Below, piece by piece: positions 1-11,325 of a stretch of DNA of 64,000 bases. Location: assembly GCF_006345805.1 (NCBI RefSeq), contig NC_043001.1, positions 46,252,001 through 46,316,000 of the forward strand, given 5' to 3'. The translations under genes were made by a program, and so were the position numbers. The notes below the pieces were generated by a model. The model was not told the DNA's origin. It ran no database searches and saw nothing but the letters and a program-made list of their open reading frames with translations. The DNA is from Octopus sinensis (taxonomy: Eukaryota). Positions within the stretch are counted from its first letter, which is position 1, and each line of letters begins with the position of its first letter.

Positions 1-1235
1 CACATACACATACATACATATACACACATACGCACACACACTCACATATATTTATTTATTTGTGTTGACTTTCGTTGTGTCGCTCGAAGCGAACGGTACA
101 ATAGTTTCTCATTTTGTTTGAGTTTCGTGCCATGTAAACATTTATTTTTTTGCCGGTTTCGTTATTTCAAACGAAAACGAGAGTTCGCTTATTTCATTAC
201 TTGTCTTACCCTTTAGATCAGTGAATAGCCCTCTTTTCAGTTTTGTCTCACAAACGATCAAGTTAATATGTTTATATTAGTTTCTATTTGTGTATGTATT
301 ATTACATTTCTGTTTTGGCCCAAACGAAGCCAATGTCCTTTTGCTTCTGTTTATTTATTTATTAATTTTTTTTTTTGTTGAAAATTTATTTGTACTTAAG
401 AGAAGTGTATAGTTTATTTGAAGTTAATCTCAATATATATTTTTTTCTCCACGATTTAGCATTGTTTGAGTGGCTGTTACATCACACCACATCACTAGCT
501 TCGGCGTCCAAAATGGCTGCTTCGTATAGAGTTCGGTATGGTACAGGAATCGGTACGAGGGGACCGTGGCGCTAGCGGTAGCATTGGCGGCGGCTCGGTA
601 ATGTACAAACAGTTGTACTCATTCTTTTTTATATAATTTGACAAGTGGGTGGCAGGTTTGAAACGCGTCTCATAGAGAGCCGAGTTCGCATCCGGTCGAG
701 GTCGAAGTTGCTGTATCATCTGCTCACAATGCGAAGTAGAGCTCAGCGAAGGCAGTAAAGTAGACAATAAAGAAGAAAGAAAATTTAAATTAGATTCACA
801 CGGTCTCTTTTACACTCTCTTTTTCCCTTCTCTCACTTCTACCACTCACGCAATATTTCAACTTCTCTTTCTCATAAACGTTTCTTTGTAGCCTGCCTTT
901 TAATTGAATAATTCGGCAAGAATGGCACCGGGATATGATACAATAATAATAATAATAATATAATAATAATAATAATAATATAATAATAGTATTAGTAGTA
1001 GTAACAGCTGCAACATCAGCAGTACGTGGTGGCGAATTCTTTCTCTTTACGTACACGCGTATATTCTTTTTAGTTGACATTGTAACATACAAAATACACA
1101 GACACACACGTACACACAGTCACATACACAAGTTTTATATTTGTTGTAAAGTTGTCTATATACATCCCTATAAGAACACAAGAGTGAAGGTGAATCTATC
1201 CATCCGGAGATCCATCTGTCTGTATTTCTTACTAC

Positions 1236-1320
<85 letters not shown>

Positions 1321-1531
1321 CAAGAGAACAGTCGATTATATCAGTCCTTGCATTTCACTGATACTTTAGTTTATCCGCTTGGAAAAGATGAAATTTGTCG
1401 GCGAAATTTGAACTCTGACTGTAAAGCCGTAATATACATGGTTAAACATTTTGTCCAACGCTCTAACGATTCTACTAATCATTACATACATGCATACACA
1501 CACACACACACACACACACATATTTATGCCG

Positions 1532-2727
1532 AGTCCAGCAGGGAAACCTGGTTGATTAAAAAAATAAAATGGCGGTAGTTTGATTGCCAAGAATGAAAAA
1601 CCACGTTCATATAGGCATTGAACACCACAACGACTTTAGTAGCTATGGAGCAGTGAAACGTGCGATATCGTGCTTTTGTGATCGAAATGGTTTTTAAAAG
1701 TGTTGCTTTGTATATTCAAACGCAGCGAAATTTTCGTCTGCACTTTAACGACGACTTTCATGAAAACACGCCGCGTCGGAATACGATTCTGTGTTGGCTA
1801 GACAATTTCAGATGGTTGGTTTAACGTTGGAGAAGAAACCATCGTGATGTGTGCAAAGTGTCGGAAATATCGAGAATATTGAGGTCATTAGACAGTCTGG
1901 AAGGAAACTTAGACATCACAACTTGTAGTGTGTGAAGAATATTGCACTTTGATTTATGATAAATTATCTATACAACAATTTTATAGTGCAAAAGAAAGAA
2001 AGAAATATGATTGGGAAAATCGGAAAATGTTTGCAGAAAACAAACCAATGACATGGCTTTTCTCATGGACGAAGAAACACATTTCCATCGGTCTGATTGT
2101 ATAAATAAACGAAACTTGCGCTTCATGAGCATTTTCTTTGCTGTAAAAGTACAACAGAAAGGTACTGTGTGGAAAATTCTGGTGTGATGGGGGTCATATT
2201 TGTTTTGAAAAGGCTAGCCATTCGGAAACATTGAAGTCTGATCGGTGTGTGTTAATGTTGTGAGACCTCTTTTCCCCAGACTTGAATATATGTGACACGT
2301 ATGGTTTCAGTGAGACAGAGCAATCGTTCAAGCAGGAAAAACATCCATTGGGGGATATTAAAGAAATGTTTACTAATGGCATTCCTTCTCAGCTCCTTGA
2401 CATGTCATGGCTTACTCAATCACATGGTATTTAAGTGAGTGATTATTTATTTCCTATGGGGTTGCCTCAAAGGGATAGTGTTTGTCAATAAACAATAACG
2501 ACTGGATGAGCTGAAAGCTTCCATTTATCAGGAAATTATGGCAATAATTCAACACATGCTGAACTTTCAGACAAATATGTGTGTAAAGTTATGGGAAAGC
2601 CTTTAGATAACACTACTTTCAAGTCTAATTACACATCATTCTGTACAATTAGACAAAAAAGGTTACTAATATCTATATTTGCCAATATTATATTCACTTA
2701 AAACCCATCAGGTTTCCCTGCTGGACT
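1532..2727 (+). mobile_element. Degenerate Tc1/mariner-superfamily DNA transposon
   Basis: Perfect 19-bp inverted repeat agtccagcagggaaacctg (1532-1550) / caggtttccctgctggact (2709-2727). It encloses stop- and frameshift-ridden transposase-like sequence (QRNFRLHF, SPDLNICD). Confidence 0.7.
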
Positions 2728-4087
2728 GGTCATCCCCCGTCTATCATTTATCGATCCGTTGTGAAATGAATGGAAATGCTTCATACAATGATCCAAGTGA
2801 GCACTAGAACTATATTGAGGTCTTTGATATAATCCTTCACATTCTGCCTACTGCTACATTGTATAAAAATGAGTTTTATGAAGGCATAAAATCGAAGTGT
2901 TTTCTCTTTCTTTCTTTCTTTTTTGTTGTTTTGCAAGGGATCTTGATAGAGAAAATGACATGGGAATTGAAATGGTGTAATAGCGAAACTAAGTATGATT
3001 CGAAACCAGACTGAAAAAGTAATTCATGAAAAATTTATTTCAAAGCCTATATTCTCATTTAGGCTTCTCTACTAAACCGGTTTCTTACATTAAGACAAAG
3101 TCTCAAAATTACAGAGAATGGAGGCATAATTAGCTGAAGTGACTCTATTACATGACTGATATAGCGTGTATTTAATCGACTCAAGTCCAAGTCAATACCA
3201 GCACGATTTGAACTCAAACCATAAAAAGGCTTAATGGAATAGTTTTTTCTAATTTTGGCACAATGCCGGCAGTTTTTAGACAAGAGAGAAGTCGATATCA
3301 TTGACCCCAGTGCTCAACTGATACTTATTTTATCGACCCCCCATCCCCCCCCCCCCAAAGGAAAAGCTATGTGGAGATCAGCAACACTTAAACTCAGAAC
3401 GTAAAGAGACAGGAGAAATTCCATTAAGCGTTTCGTCCGGTGCGGTTACGGTTCTGGCAGCTCACCGTTGCAAGAGCTTTAGTCGCGTCATTGAAATGAA
3501 ACGAGAGATATAGCGAACGCCATTGAACCTCATCTACATAATCGATTGTTTACGTAGTGCATGAAGTCTACAGCACATGAAACAACGAAGCTCTCATCAT
3601 TGAACCCAAACTGTAATTCTACCACCACAATCCACCACCAGAACGATCAACAACAGGAGTAGCAGCACCATCACTACCACCATCACCCCAATATGAGAAT
3701 AATATACAATACTGATCAACAGTATACTTCCTACTACCACTACCAATACTACCACAAGCTACATCATTGTAAATTTGTAAACATACATTTGCATATATTT
3801 GTATAAATATATACATAACCTCCTCCCCAACATGTCTATATACACACACATACACACACGTTTGTTTTTATGTTCAGTTATAACAAAAACAATTTTACAT
3901 TAATCCGAAGGGCTACTCTATACTTTTGTAGAGTACAAATTTATTATTCTTAAACAAGAATATTGTTGACAATGACTTCGAAGTTTCGGTCAGGTAAGCT
4001 TTCGTCGAGCTCTCCGATGATGGATTGGCTGGCCGAAACTTCGAAGAAACTGTCAATGATATTCTTGTTTAAGAATTTTTATATGTA

Positions 4088-4954
4088 CAGAGTGGGTGGA
4101 AAGTAACTAGGCATTAGAAACTGCTTATATAATTTTTAGTATCACTGAAGTCATGACGAAAACATTTTTTAAACAGACAACACTAATGGGGATATTTTAA
4201 ATTTTCTTATTGTTTTATTTCTTATTTCTTATTTTCCAGATGACCAGTCGCTTGACTGTTCAGGAGCGAGCTAAGATAGCAGCACGCTATGAAGTGTGGA
4301 ATTCCTTTGTTTTGGTTCAGAGATGGTGGAGTGCGTGGAAAGGTAAGCATGCAACACTACGTCCGGAGACAATAAAAAGTTGTCATGCAAAGCTGATGAC
4401 CACGGGCTCTGTGAACGATGCAAGAAGAAGTGGCCGTCCAACCACATCCCGATCAGCGGAGAACGTGGCAACAGTGCATCAAATGTTTAATTGCAGCCCA
4501 CAAAAATCAACATGTCAAGCACAGTGTTGCATAAAGAATTGAATTTTCATCCGTGGAAACCACATTGCGTGCAGGAGCTAAAACCTGAAGACTGTGACCA
4601 CAGAAGTCCAGAACTCCAAGAAATCCAGATCTCACTCCCGGTGATTTTTACCTGTGGGGTTACACAAAAGAGGAGGTGTACAAGACAAAAACGTGCACAC
4701 TGGAGGACTTGGACACACGGAGCCAGAGGATTCTCAATGATATTCCAGACGACATCCTTCAGAAGGTTGTTCATTCCATCCCTGGCCGTTTCAGGAAACT
4801 AGTTGACGCCACCAGTGCTTACGTTGAATTATGAAGATTTACTTTCATATTCCCATGTAATGAAGAACATGTATTACTTATTTTAATAAATTTGTAAAAT
4901 GAATATGGATTTTATTACCAATTTTTAATGCCTACTTAATTTTCACCCTCTCTG
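4088..4954 (+). mobile_element. Internally deleted Tc1/mariner (Tc3-like) element with TIRs and TA target duplication
   Basis: Imperfect ~29-bp TIRs cagagtgggtggaaagtaactaggcatta / taatgcctacttaattttcaccctctctg, flanked by TA. ORF 4210-4542 has an HTH region with RSGRPTT and SPQKS; the downstream frame reads PDLTPGDFYLWG. The catalytic core is deleted. Confidence 0.85.
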
Positions 4955-5221
4955 TATATGAATGTATATATTTATATATATGTAAGGACTTTTTATGTAT
5001 ATATTATGTTTACAAGAAATCTTCAGTTACACGACTTTAAAAAACTATGTACTCATACATGTATAAACACACATATATACATGCACATAAATACATACAT
5101 ACAAATATATATATATACGTATAAACTACATATACATATTTATATACATATATACCAATACATTCATATATAAACTTATATGTATATACATACATATATA
5201 TATATACATATACATACATAG

Positions 5222-5283
<62 letters not shown>

Positions 5284-5588
5284 TATATATATAGATGCAT
5301 GTATGTATGTGTATATATACATGCATGCATATATATATAGGCATACGTAGTGAAGTAATGCTCAAATGCACGACCGTAATATACACACCCTGATATACAT
5401 TTACTCGTATACAAACACACACATACACACATAGACACACACATACTCACACACACGCTTAAACAGGCAAGACCTCGTGGTGCCACATTGTCCGTCGTAT
5501 ATATAATATACAATGAATCCGTGCCGTAGCTACCGCTGCGCTCCGTTGCTTTCTGAATCCACATAATTTGAATTCTGATTTGATACGA

Positions 5589-5594
5589 TTTATT
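5589..5594 (-). promoter_or_regulatory. Candidate polyadenylation signal AATAAA about 40 nt after the FAM20C stop
   Basis: tttatt on the + strand. Position is plausible but the hexamer is common in AT-rich DNA. Confidence 0.25.
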
Positions 5595-5632
5595 CCAATC
5601 AAGTTCTGAACTGTTCTGATTCCATCAAACTG

Positions 5633-5918
5633 TTAAAATCCATCATCGACAATTACATCCGCTACAGCATTTCCGCGTATAACACATTCATAAACTGTCC
5701 GTAAAATAATCGCGACTCTTCTGTCCAGCGCATTTAAATGAGCTTTGGTGAGTATCGGAAATAGACTGTCGGAGGCAAGAGACTGTTGCATCATCTGGCT
5801 GAGCGGTACTGGTCCCCGGTGAAAGCGAAACAGCTTCATGATGGTCGAATAGCGTATCAGACAACATTGGAAGACAGGGGCTAAAATGGTGAGCTCGTCG
5901 TAGTTGCTTCTTCCAAAC
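5633..5918 (-). CDS. FAM20C: FAM20C last coding exon (FGRSNYDELTILAPVFQCCLIR...HLNALDRRVAIILRTVYECV...VDDGF*)
   Basis: Acceptor ctcaccacag|G, 286 nt, ends at TAA (5635-5633). Confidence 0.96.
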
Positions 5919-7069
5919 CTGTGGTGAGAGAAAACAAAAAATCAGCAAACGTCAGTAAGAATTAATATATTGCTGTGAAAAAGGATTTTCGGTTCTGACA
6001 AACATCAAAAACCCCAAAAAGGGGAAGGCTTCTTTGTGCTGATGAGATATGAGTTTGTCTATTTCAAATTAAGTCTAATATAAAGGAGATTACTCATCAA
6101 AAACAAGCTCATACCTTTCATTAAATTTGTGTAATCTAAACATATTATAAGTTGTGTTATATATTATATTTAATGCACTATTAGGCGTTAAAAAAAAAAA
6201 ATTATCACATAAAACTTGGTGAGGGGCGAGCAAATTTTCATTCCGAAAATGCATCCCAGAGAAAAGGATTCTGGGAATCATTGAATTAACTCTTTAGCAT
6301 TCACATTATAATCTGCCAAAAGTTATGCTTATTTATTTACATCAATGCTCAGGACGTCGGCTCCCCTCAAAGACATACATACATACATGCATACATACAT
6401 ACATACATACATATGTATGTATACATGCATATATGTATGCATGTAAGCATGCATGTAGGTATAATTTTTGAAACTGAAAATACTAGAAAAGTTCCTGGTG
6501 GGACTCCTGTTTGGTATACAATGCTTGTGCATCAAATGATAAGTTTGGCAAGTTTTGTTTTCACGAAACTGGCGGCTGCAAAGGAAGTCCTGAGCTCTTT
6601 CAACTTCAAATATCGTTATGCTTATATCTGTTTAAAGTAACTTCACTAATCGGTTAGTCCGATTTGCATAACATTACTTTCGTGGGCAGCATGAAAAAAA
6701 TGAATGAATATTCACAACTTCATGGATGAGGTTCTGACCTCAGATACAATAACCACTTTTCACCACAAGTATTAAATATAATTGACATCACGGAAATTAA
6801 TTAATCAATTAATTAATTATGTATTAAACAGTGTCAGATGCATAATCTGGAATGTACAGGTAGATACATATATAGTAAGGTATATCATTACATATAGCTT
6901 ACTATTCGTTTTTGATTATGGGATATACATGATAGATGGTGCATCGTTAACTGAATGTTTAAGGAGAGACAGGAAATACGAAATGAATAACACTGGAGAA
7001 AATAAAGATATGCGCGTGTGTGAGTGAGGGAGAGAGAAAGTGGGAGAGAGAGAGAGAGAGAGAGAGATA

Positions 7070-7107
<38 letters not shown>

Positions 7108-7379
7108 ATCACTGTGAATGGAAAGGGAAAGAGAGAAGAAATAATAATTTCTTACATAGGTACAAGCAAAGTAATATTAGGAGCAGGGAGCAACGAACAA
7201 TTCATTATATTGACTCCTGCACTTTACAGATACTTTATCCATCCCGGAAGGATGAAAGGGAAAGTTATTCGTGACAGTATTTGAACTCCGGCCTTAAAGA
7301 GCCGGAGCAAATATTACAAGGAATTTTATCTGTCGCAATAATAATCATTTTGCCAATCGCAGTAATTCATAATACTCAC

Positions 7380-7461
7380 CCTCTACCGTTATCGAGATGT
7401 AGAGGGAACGTGTCGTTTCCAAATTCCCGGAATGTGTCGTAATGATGCCTGTCCATGTTTC
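7380..7461 (-). CDS. FAM20C: FAM20C coding exon 7 ([28 protein letters not shown]), catalytic Asp and metal-binding DNG; absent from the ORF track in this frame
   Basis: Acceptor tttttag|GA, donor AGAGG|gtgagt, 82 nt, phase 1 to 2. Confidence 0.96.
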
Positions 7462-7660
7462 CTAAAAAGAAAAAAAAAGAAAAGATAAATACTTGTACAA
7501 GAGGGTATGAGTGGTGGTAAACGATGTGGAGTTGTTTCTACATGCCAGGAGTACAATAAAAAGACCACTATACTCAGTGAATTTCCGAGAGAAAGAGCTG
7601 GAAAGACTAAATCCATCAAGTAGTAGCGAGTTTCCTGCTTATGTCATTCAAAATGTTTGC

Positions 7661-7693
<33 letters not shown>

Positions 7694-8046
7694 TGTGTGT
7701 GTGTTCGTGTGTGTGTGTGTGGGTGTGTGTGTGTGTGTGTGTATGCCTACATGTGTGTCTCTAGACAGAATGAAAATATACGAAGCTGCTATCAAAACTA
7801 CAATCGTCAGACAACGAACCAACTAGGGCGCCTCTACATTATTGCTCGACCAGCTACAAACAGCAGCTAAATCAGTGCCTGCAAAGTGCAGGAGTCAATA
7901 TAACTGACTGATCAGGGCCGACCTGAGACTAAATAACAATAGCAACCACCTGATATTTTTCATTTTGTCAAAATAAAAAAAACATTGTTTTCCTCTGTGT
8001 GTATGCGTATGTGTGTGTGCGTGCGTGCATGCGAGTGAGAGAGAGT

Positions 8047-8115
<69 letters not shown>

Positions 8116-8179
8116 CGTAGTTAAATATACATATGGTGGAAGTGAACTCTGACCGAGTAATACCGCTTCTTAAACTCAG

Positions 8180-8560
8180 TAAGTCCATACAAATGTTCCA
8201 AGAGTTCGAGAGGTCCCTGTGCATGGATTTGTTTTGAGTGGGATCAAGTGTTGCATAGCACTGAACTCATGGTTCAGCAGAATCAACTATAACACCAGTG
8301 GCACAACAGAAGTTGAGACGACCAGAAACCAACTGCACTTTGGGTTTATTTATTTATATAAGTTTACCTTCTCCAAGAAGGAAGATCTTATGAGAACCAG
8401 GGGTCCTTCGCTCCCATTGTGTCACATACCAGTTAACCCATAGCAGAGAGAATCTTACAGGTGCTACTATTTGGGGGCAAGGTAGAACTGGGGACAATAG
8501 TGGTTATGGTGTAGTTCCACATTCCTCAAACCGCTGGAATTAACCGTAACTGAGCCCCTA
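8180..8560 (-). mobile_element. Fragment resembling an RTE-type LINE 5' region
   Basis: Minus strand has tccttcttggagaaggtaaac, similar to tccttctaggagaaggtaac at about 41710. Confidence 0.35.
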
Positions 8561-8788
8561 CCGGATATAGTTAAAGTCATACTCAGGATAAAAATGCACA
8601 CGTACACACACATACACGTATATATGCTTATACATACATTTACACTTACGTATATGGGTGTGATTATTTAGTATAAAAGCAACAATATGAATGAATGAAA
8701 AATTGCGAATCTGCATGGAATGGGATAAGTGCTTGGACAAAAATAACTGAATGAATTAATAAATAAATAAAAAGTCAATTGCACTCAC

Positions 8789-9079
8789 CTGTTAGGAAAT
8801 CAAACACTGCCATATCGGTCATATCAAGTAGGCGACGACCTTTGTCGAATGGAGGCTTTGTTCGAACTTGGTCGCAATAATCGTCGTAGATTTCCCACAG
8901 TGCCTTTCGATGCTTCGAATAAGAACGTCTCCAGGGCGACCGCCATATTTTGCGCGGAGCCACTTTGTCCGGTGGAAGTAGAAGTGCAAAAGATCCTTCC
9001 AGCATATCTGGGTTGCCACAGATTGCGTGACTTGTATCACAGTAGTAAGAGCAGCTTCCATGGAAGCAGACGTTTTTGG
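8789..9079 (-). CDS. FAM20C: FAM20C coding exon 6 ([22 protein letters not shown]...WRSPWRRSY...DMAVFDFLT)
   Basis: Acceptor ttacag|CC, donor ACAG|gtgag, 291 nt, phase 1 to 1. Conserved Fam20 cysteines. Confidence 0.97.
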
Positions 9080-9544
9080 CTGTAACGGAATAGAATTGAA
9101 ATTGAAGAACATTACATTTTTCACCCACTTCTTTTTTTGTTTTAATTTTTAACTGTAGCGGAAGTGTCCATTTTGGTAGATCGATGCCTCTTATATAGAA
9201 TTATATTTCAGTTTGCTTAAAAAGCATATCGTAGTACGGAACCAAAACCAGTGTTTAAGTCTGGTTTATTACTATTCATGTCAGTTCACTTGCTAAGCGC
9301 CCCCTTTAAAATAGTGATGTACTTATAGCTGAAGGAGAAATTAAACTACATAATCCTAGATGCTGATACAGAGGCAAAGCGACCAAAACTAGAACATCGT
9401 TGCTCTATTCAAAGTTGCTCTTGAGCTAAGCCATAGCAAAAGACGCCATGTTCTAATTTATAAACTCAGAACGTAAATATTTTGTAAGGAAAATATTGGA
9501 GAGGTATTTCTTATGTCTCTCCGTTCTGAAAGTAGAAAATATCA

Positions 9545-9913
9545 ATAACAAGAGCACTCAGAGAGTACAAACCTCCGCCAAGGCAACACCAACACCTTCT
9601 CAACGATTAGCCGGAGACGATTTTTAAAATGGGAATATCTGAAATAAACTCGACTGCTCTCACAAACGAGAATACTAAAAATGAATCCGACCGCTCTCAA
9701 AAATTAAGTTAAAAACACAGGAAAAATAATCCAGAATTCTTGTCCGGTACCAGATTGATTCCAAAATCTAATCAGTTCGTGCGAGTCACGAGGCCAAACA
9801 TCCCTGAAAGTTTCATTCGAATACATCCAGCGGTTCTTGAGATATCTTGTTCACGGACAAACAAAAAGACACGACCGAAAATAATACCTTTGCCTTAGCG
9901 AAGGCAGAGGTAA
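9545..9913. mobile_element. Helitron/Helentron-associated (HINE/DINE-like) non-autonomous element
   Basis: Subterminal ctccgccaaggc and terminal gccttagcgaaggcagaggtaat motifs, no coding capacity. Family assignment is from recalled architecture. Confidence 0.45.
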
Positions 9914-9953
9914 TAAACGGCGAAGAAATTAATTAATTAAAGTTTTTCCTTAC

Positions 9954-10066
9954 CTGGAGATATGAAAAATGTTTTTGCCAGTTTCTTATCGGAAAGTCTT
10001 CTGATATCTCGTGTCATATTGATAAGACGTCCGGAATTGGGCGGGACTCGATTAAAGTTCAGTATC
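9954..10066 (-). CDS. FAM20C: FAM20C coding exon 5 ([37 protein letters not shown])
   Basis: Acceptor ctccag|G, donor CCAG|gtaag, 113 nt, phase 2 to 1. Keeps the NMT glycosylation sequon. Confidence 0.96.
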
Positions 10067-10224
10067 CTGGAGTTATAAAAGATCGAAAATAAGAGAAGTA
10101 GATATGAGAAAGGTGCTAAAGTAATTAATGTTCTATTGTATGATGTGGTGCTTACGTTGTCATGGAGTTGTATATTGTTGTTTAGTGCCAGGTCAATCAT
10201 GATTTGGTAGACTTAGACTTAATG

Positions 10225-10558
10225 ATAAACGACATTCCAGCAGGACTATTTGGTCTTTTCAACGGTTTCCATGGCAACAAAACTGAATGTAACATTGTAT
10301 ACTTTATAGGCATGTGTAAAATTTGAATGAAATTGGTTGTGTAGTTCTCAAGGGAATCGTAGTGGAGAAGATATGATATTGCTGTGGGCTCGCCCTAGGC
10401 AAAAAGTTCAAAATTTTTGCCGATGACATTCCCCGGGCCCTAAGTAAGGCATGTGTAAAATTTGAATGAAATTGGTTGAGTAGTTCTCAAGTTTTAGGGA
10501 AACAAACAGACAGACAGACCGACATACATTCTCAGTTTTATATATATAAAGATAAAGA
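10225..10558 (+). mobile_element. DINE/HINE-like non-autonomous element with an internal ~43-bp direct repeat
   Basis: ggcatgtgtaaaatttgaatgaaattggttg.gtagttctcaag occurs twice (about 10309 and 10449). Ends acagacagacagac...ttttatatatataaagat. Confidence 0.55.
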
Positions 10559-10575
10559 TATATGTACACACACAC

Positions 10576-10643
<68 letters not shown>

Positions 10644-10699
10644 AGAGAGAGAGGATGTTACATAAAGTATACCAGATAGATTGAAGAAACTTTGCTCAC

Positions 10700-10792
10700 C
10701 TATCGAGATGGAAAGCTGCGATTTCGGCATTGTGGCGTTCGAAGTCAACAAAGTAGAAATGGTTCGGTAAGGTCTCCTTGTCGCGTGGGAAT
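10700..10792 (-). CDS. FAM20C: FAM20C coding exon 4 ([31 protein letters not shown]); absent from the ORF track
   Basis: Acceptor tttttcag|A, donor GATAG|gtgag, 93 nt, phase 2 to 2. Confidence 0.96.
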
Positions 10793-11009
10793 CTGAAAAA
10801 GTAGAAAGTCCATCAGGATCGTTATCAACATCGTCATCACCATCATCATCATCATGCCAATATGATCCCTCCCCCCACCATCATCACAACCACTACGACC
10901 ACCAGCGGCAACTCTACTTTGTTGATCGGAATGTAGGGAATTGTGGCCTAGATCTCCTCATATATTATTCCACCGTCATTAAACTGGCAAAATATAAAGA
11001 ATAAACCCC

Positions 11010-11042
<33 letters not shown>

Positions 11043-11227
11043 TGTGTGTGTGTGTGTGAAATTAATATATACAGCCGTGCGCAATGTGTTACCAAAAAGG
11101 AAAACTACAATTGTCACTAAATGTGACTAAGAGTGTTGGAACATCTACATTGCTAGAAATAAGAGCTAACAAGCTCTAATGTTGTAGTTAAAGCACATAA
11201 TTATATACATATATAATGATAGGGACT

Positions 11228-11325
11228 GTAATCGCCCGAAAACACCAGTCGAGAATTCCCTATACTCACAGTTTCGACTATTTCTGTAGCCTCATCAGCA
11301 AAGGCCGCTCGATTCGGCTGATTAC
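11228..11325 (-). ncRNA. Putative type I hammerhead ribozyme in FAM20C intron 3, sense strand
   Basis: Minus strand reads CTGATGA-GGCTA-cagaaa-TAGTC-GAAA-CTGTGAG-TA. It has the full core, a 5-bp stem II, a short stem III, a GUA cleavage triplet and an extended stem I with internal loops. Confidence 0.65.

Noticed and set aside
1566-1575. YY1-like AAAATGGCGG
   Set aside because: It lies inside the mariner-like element 1532-2727, with no independent promoter evidence.
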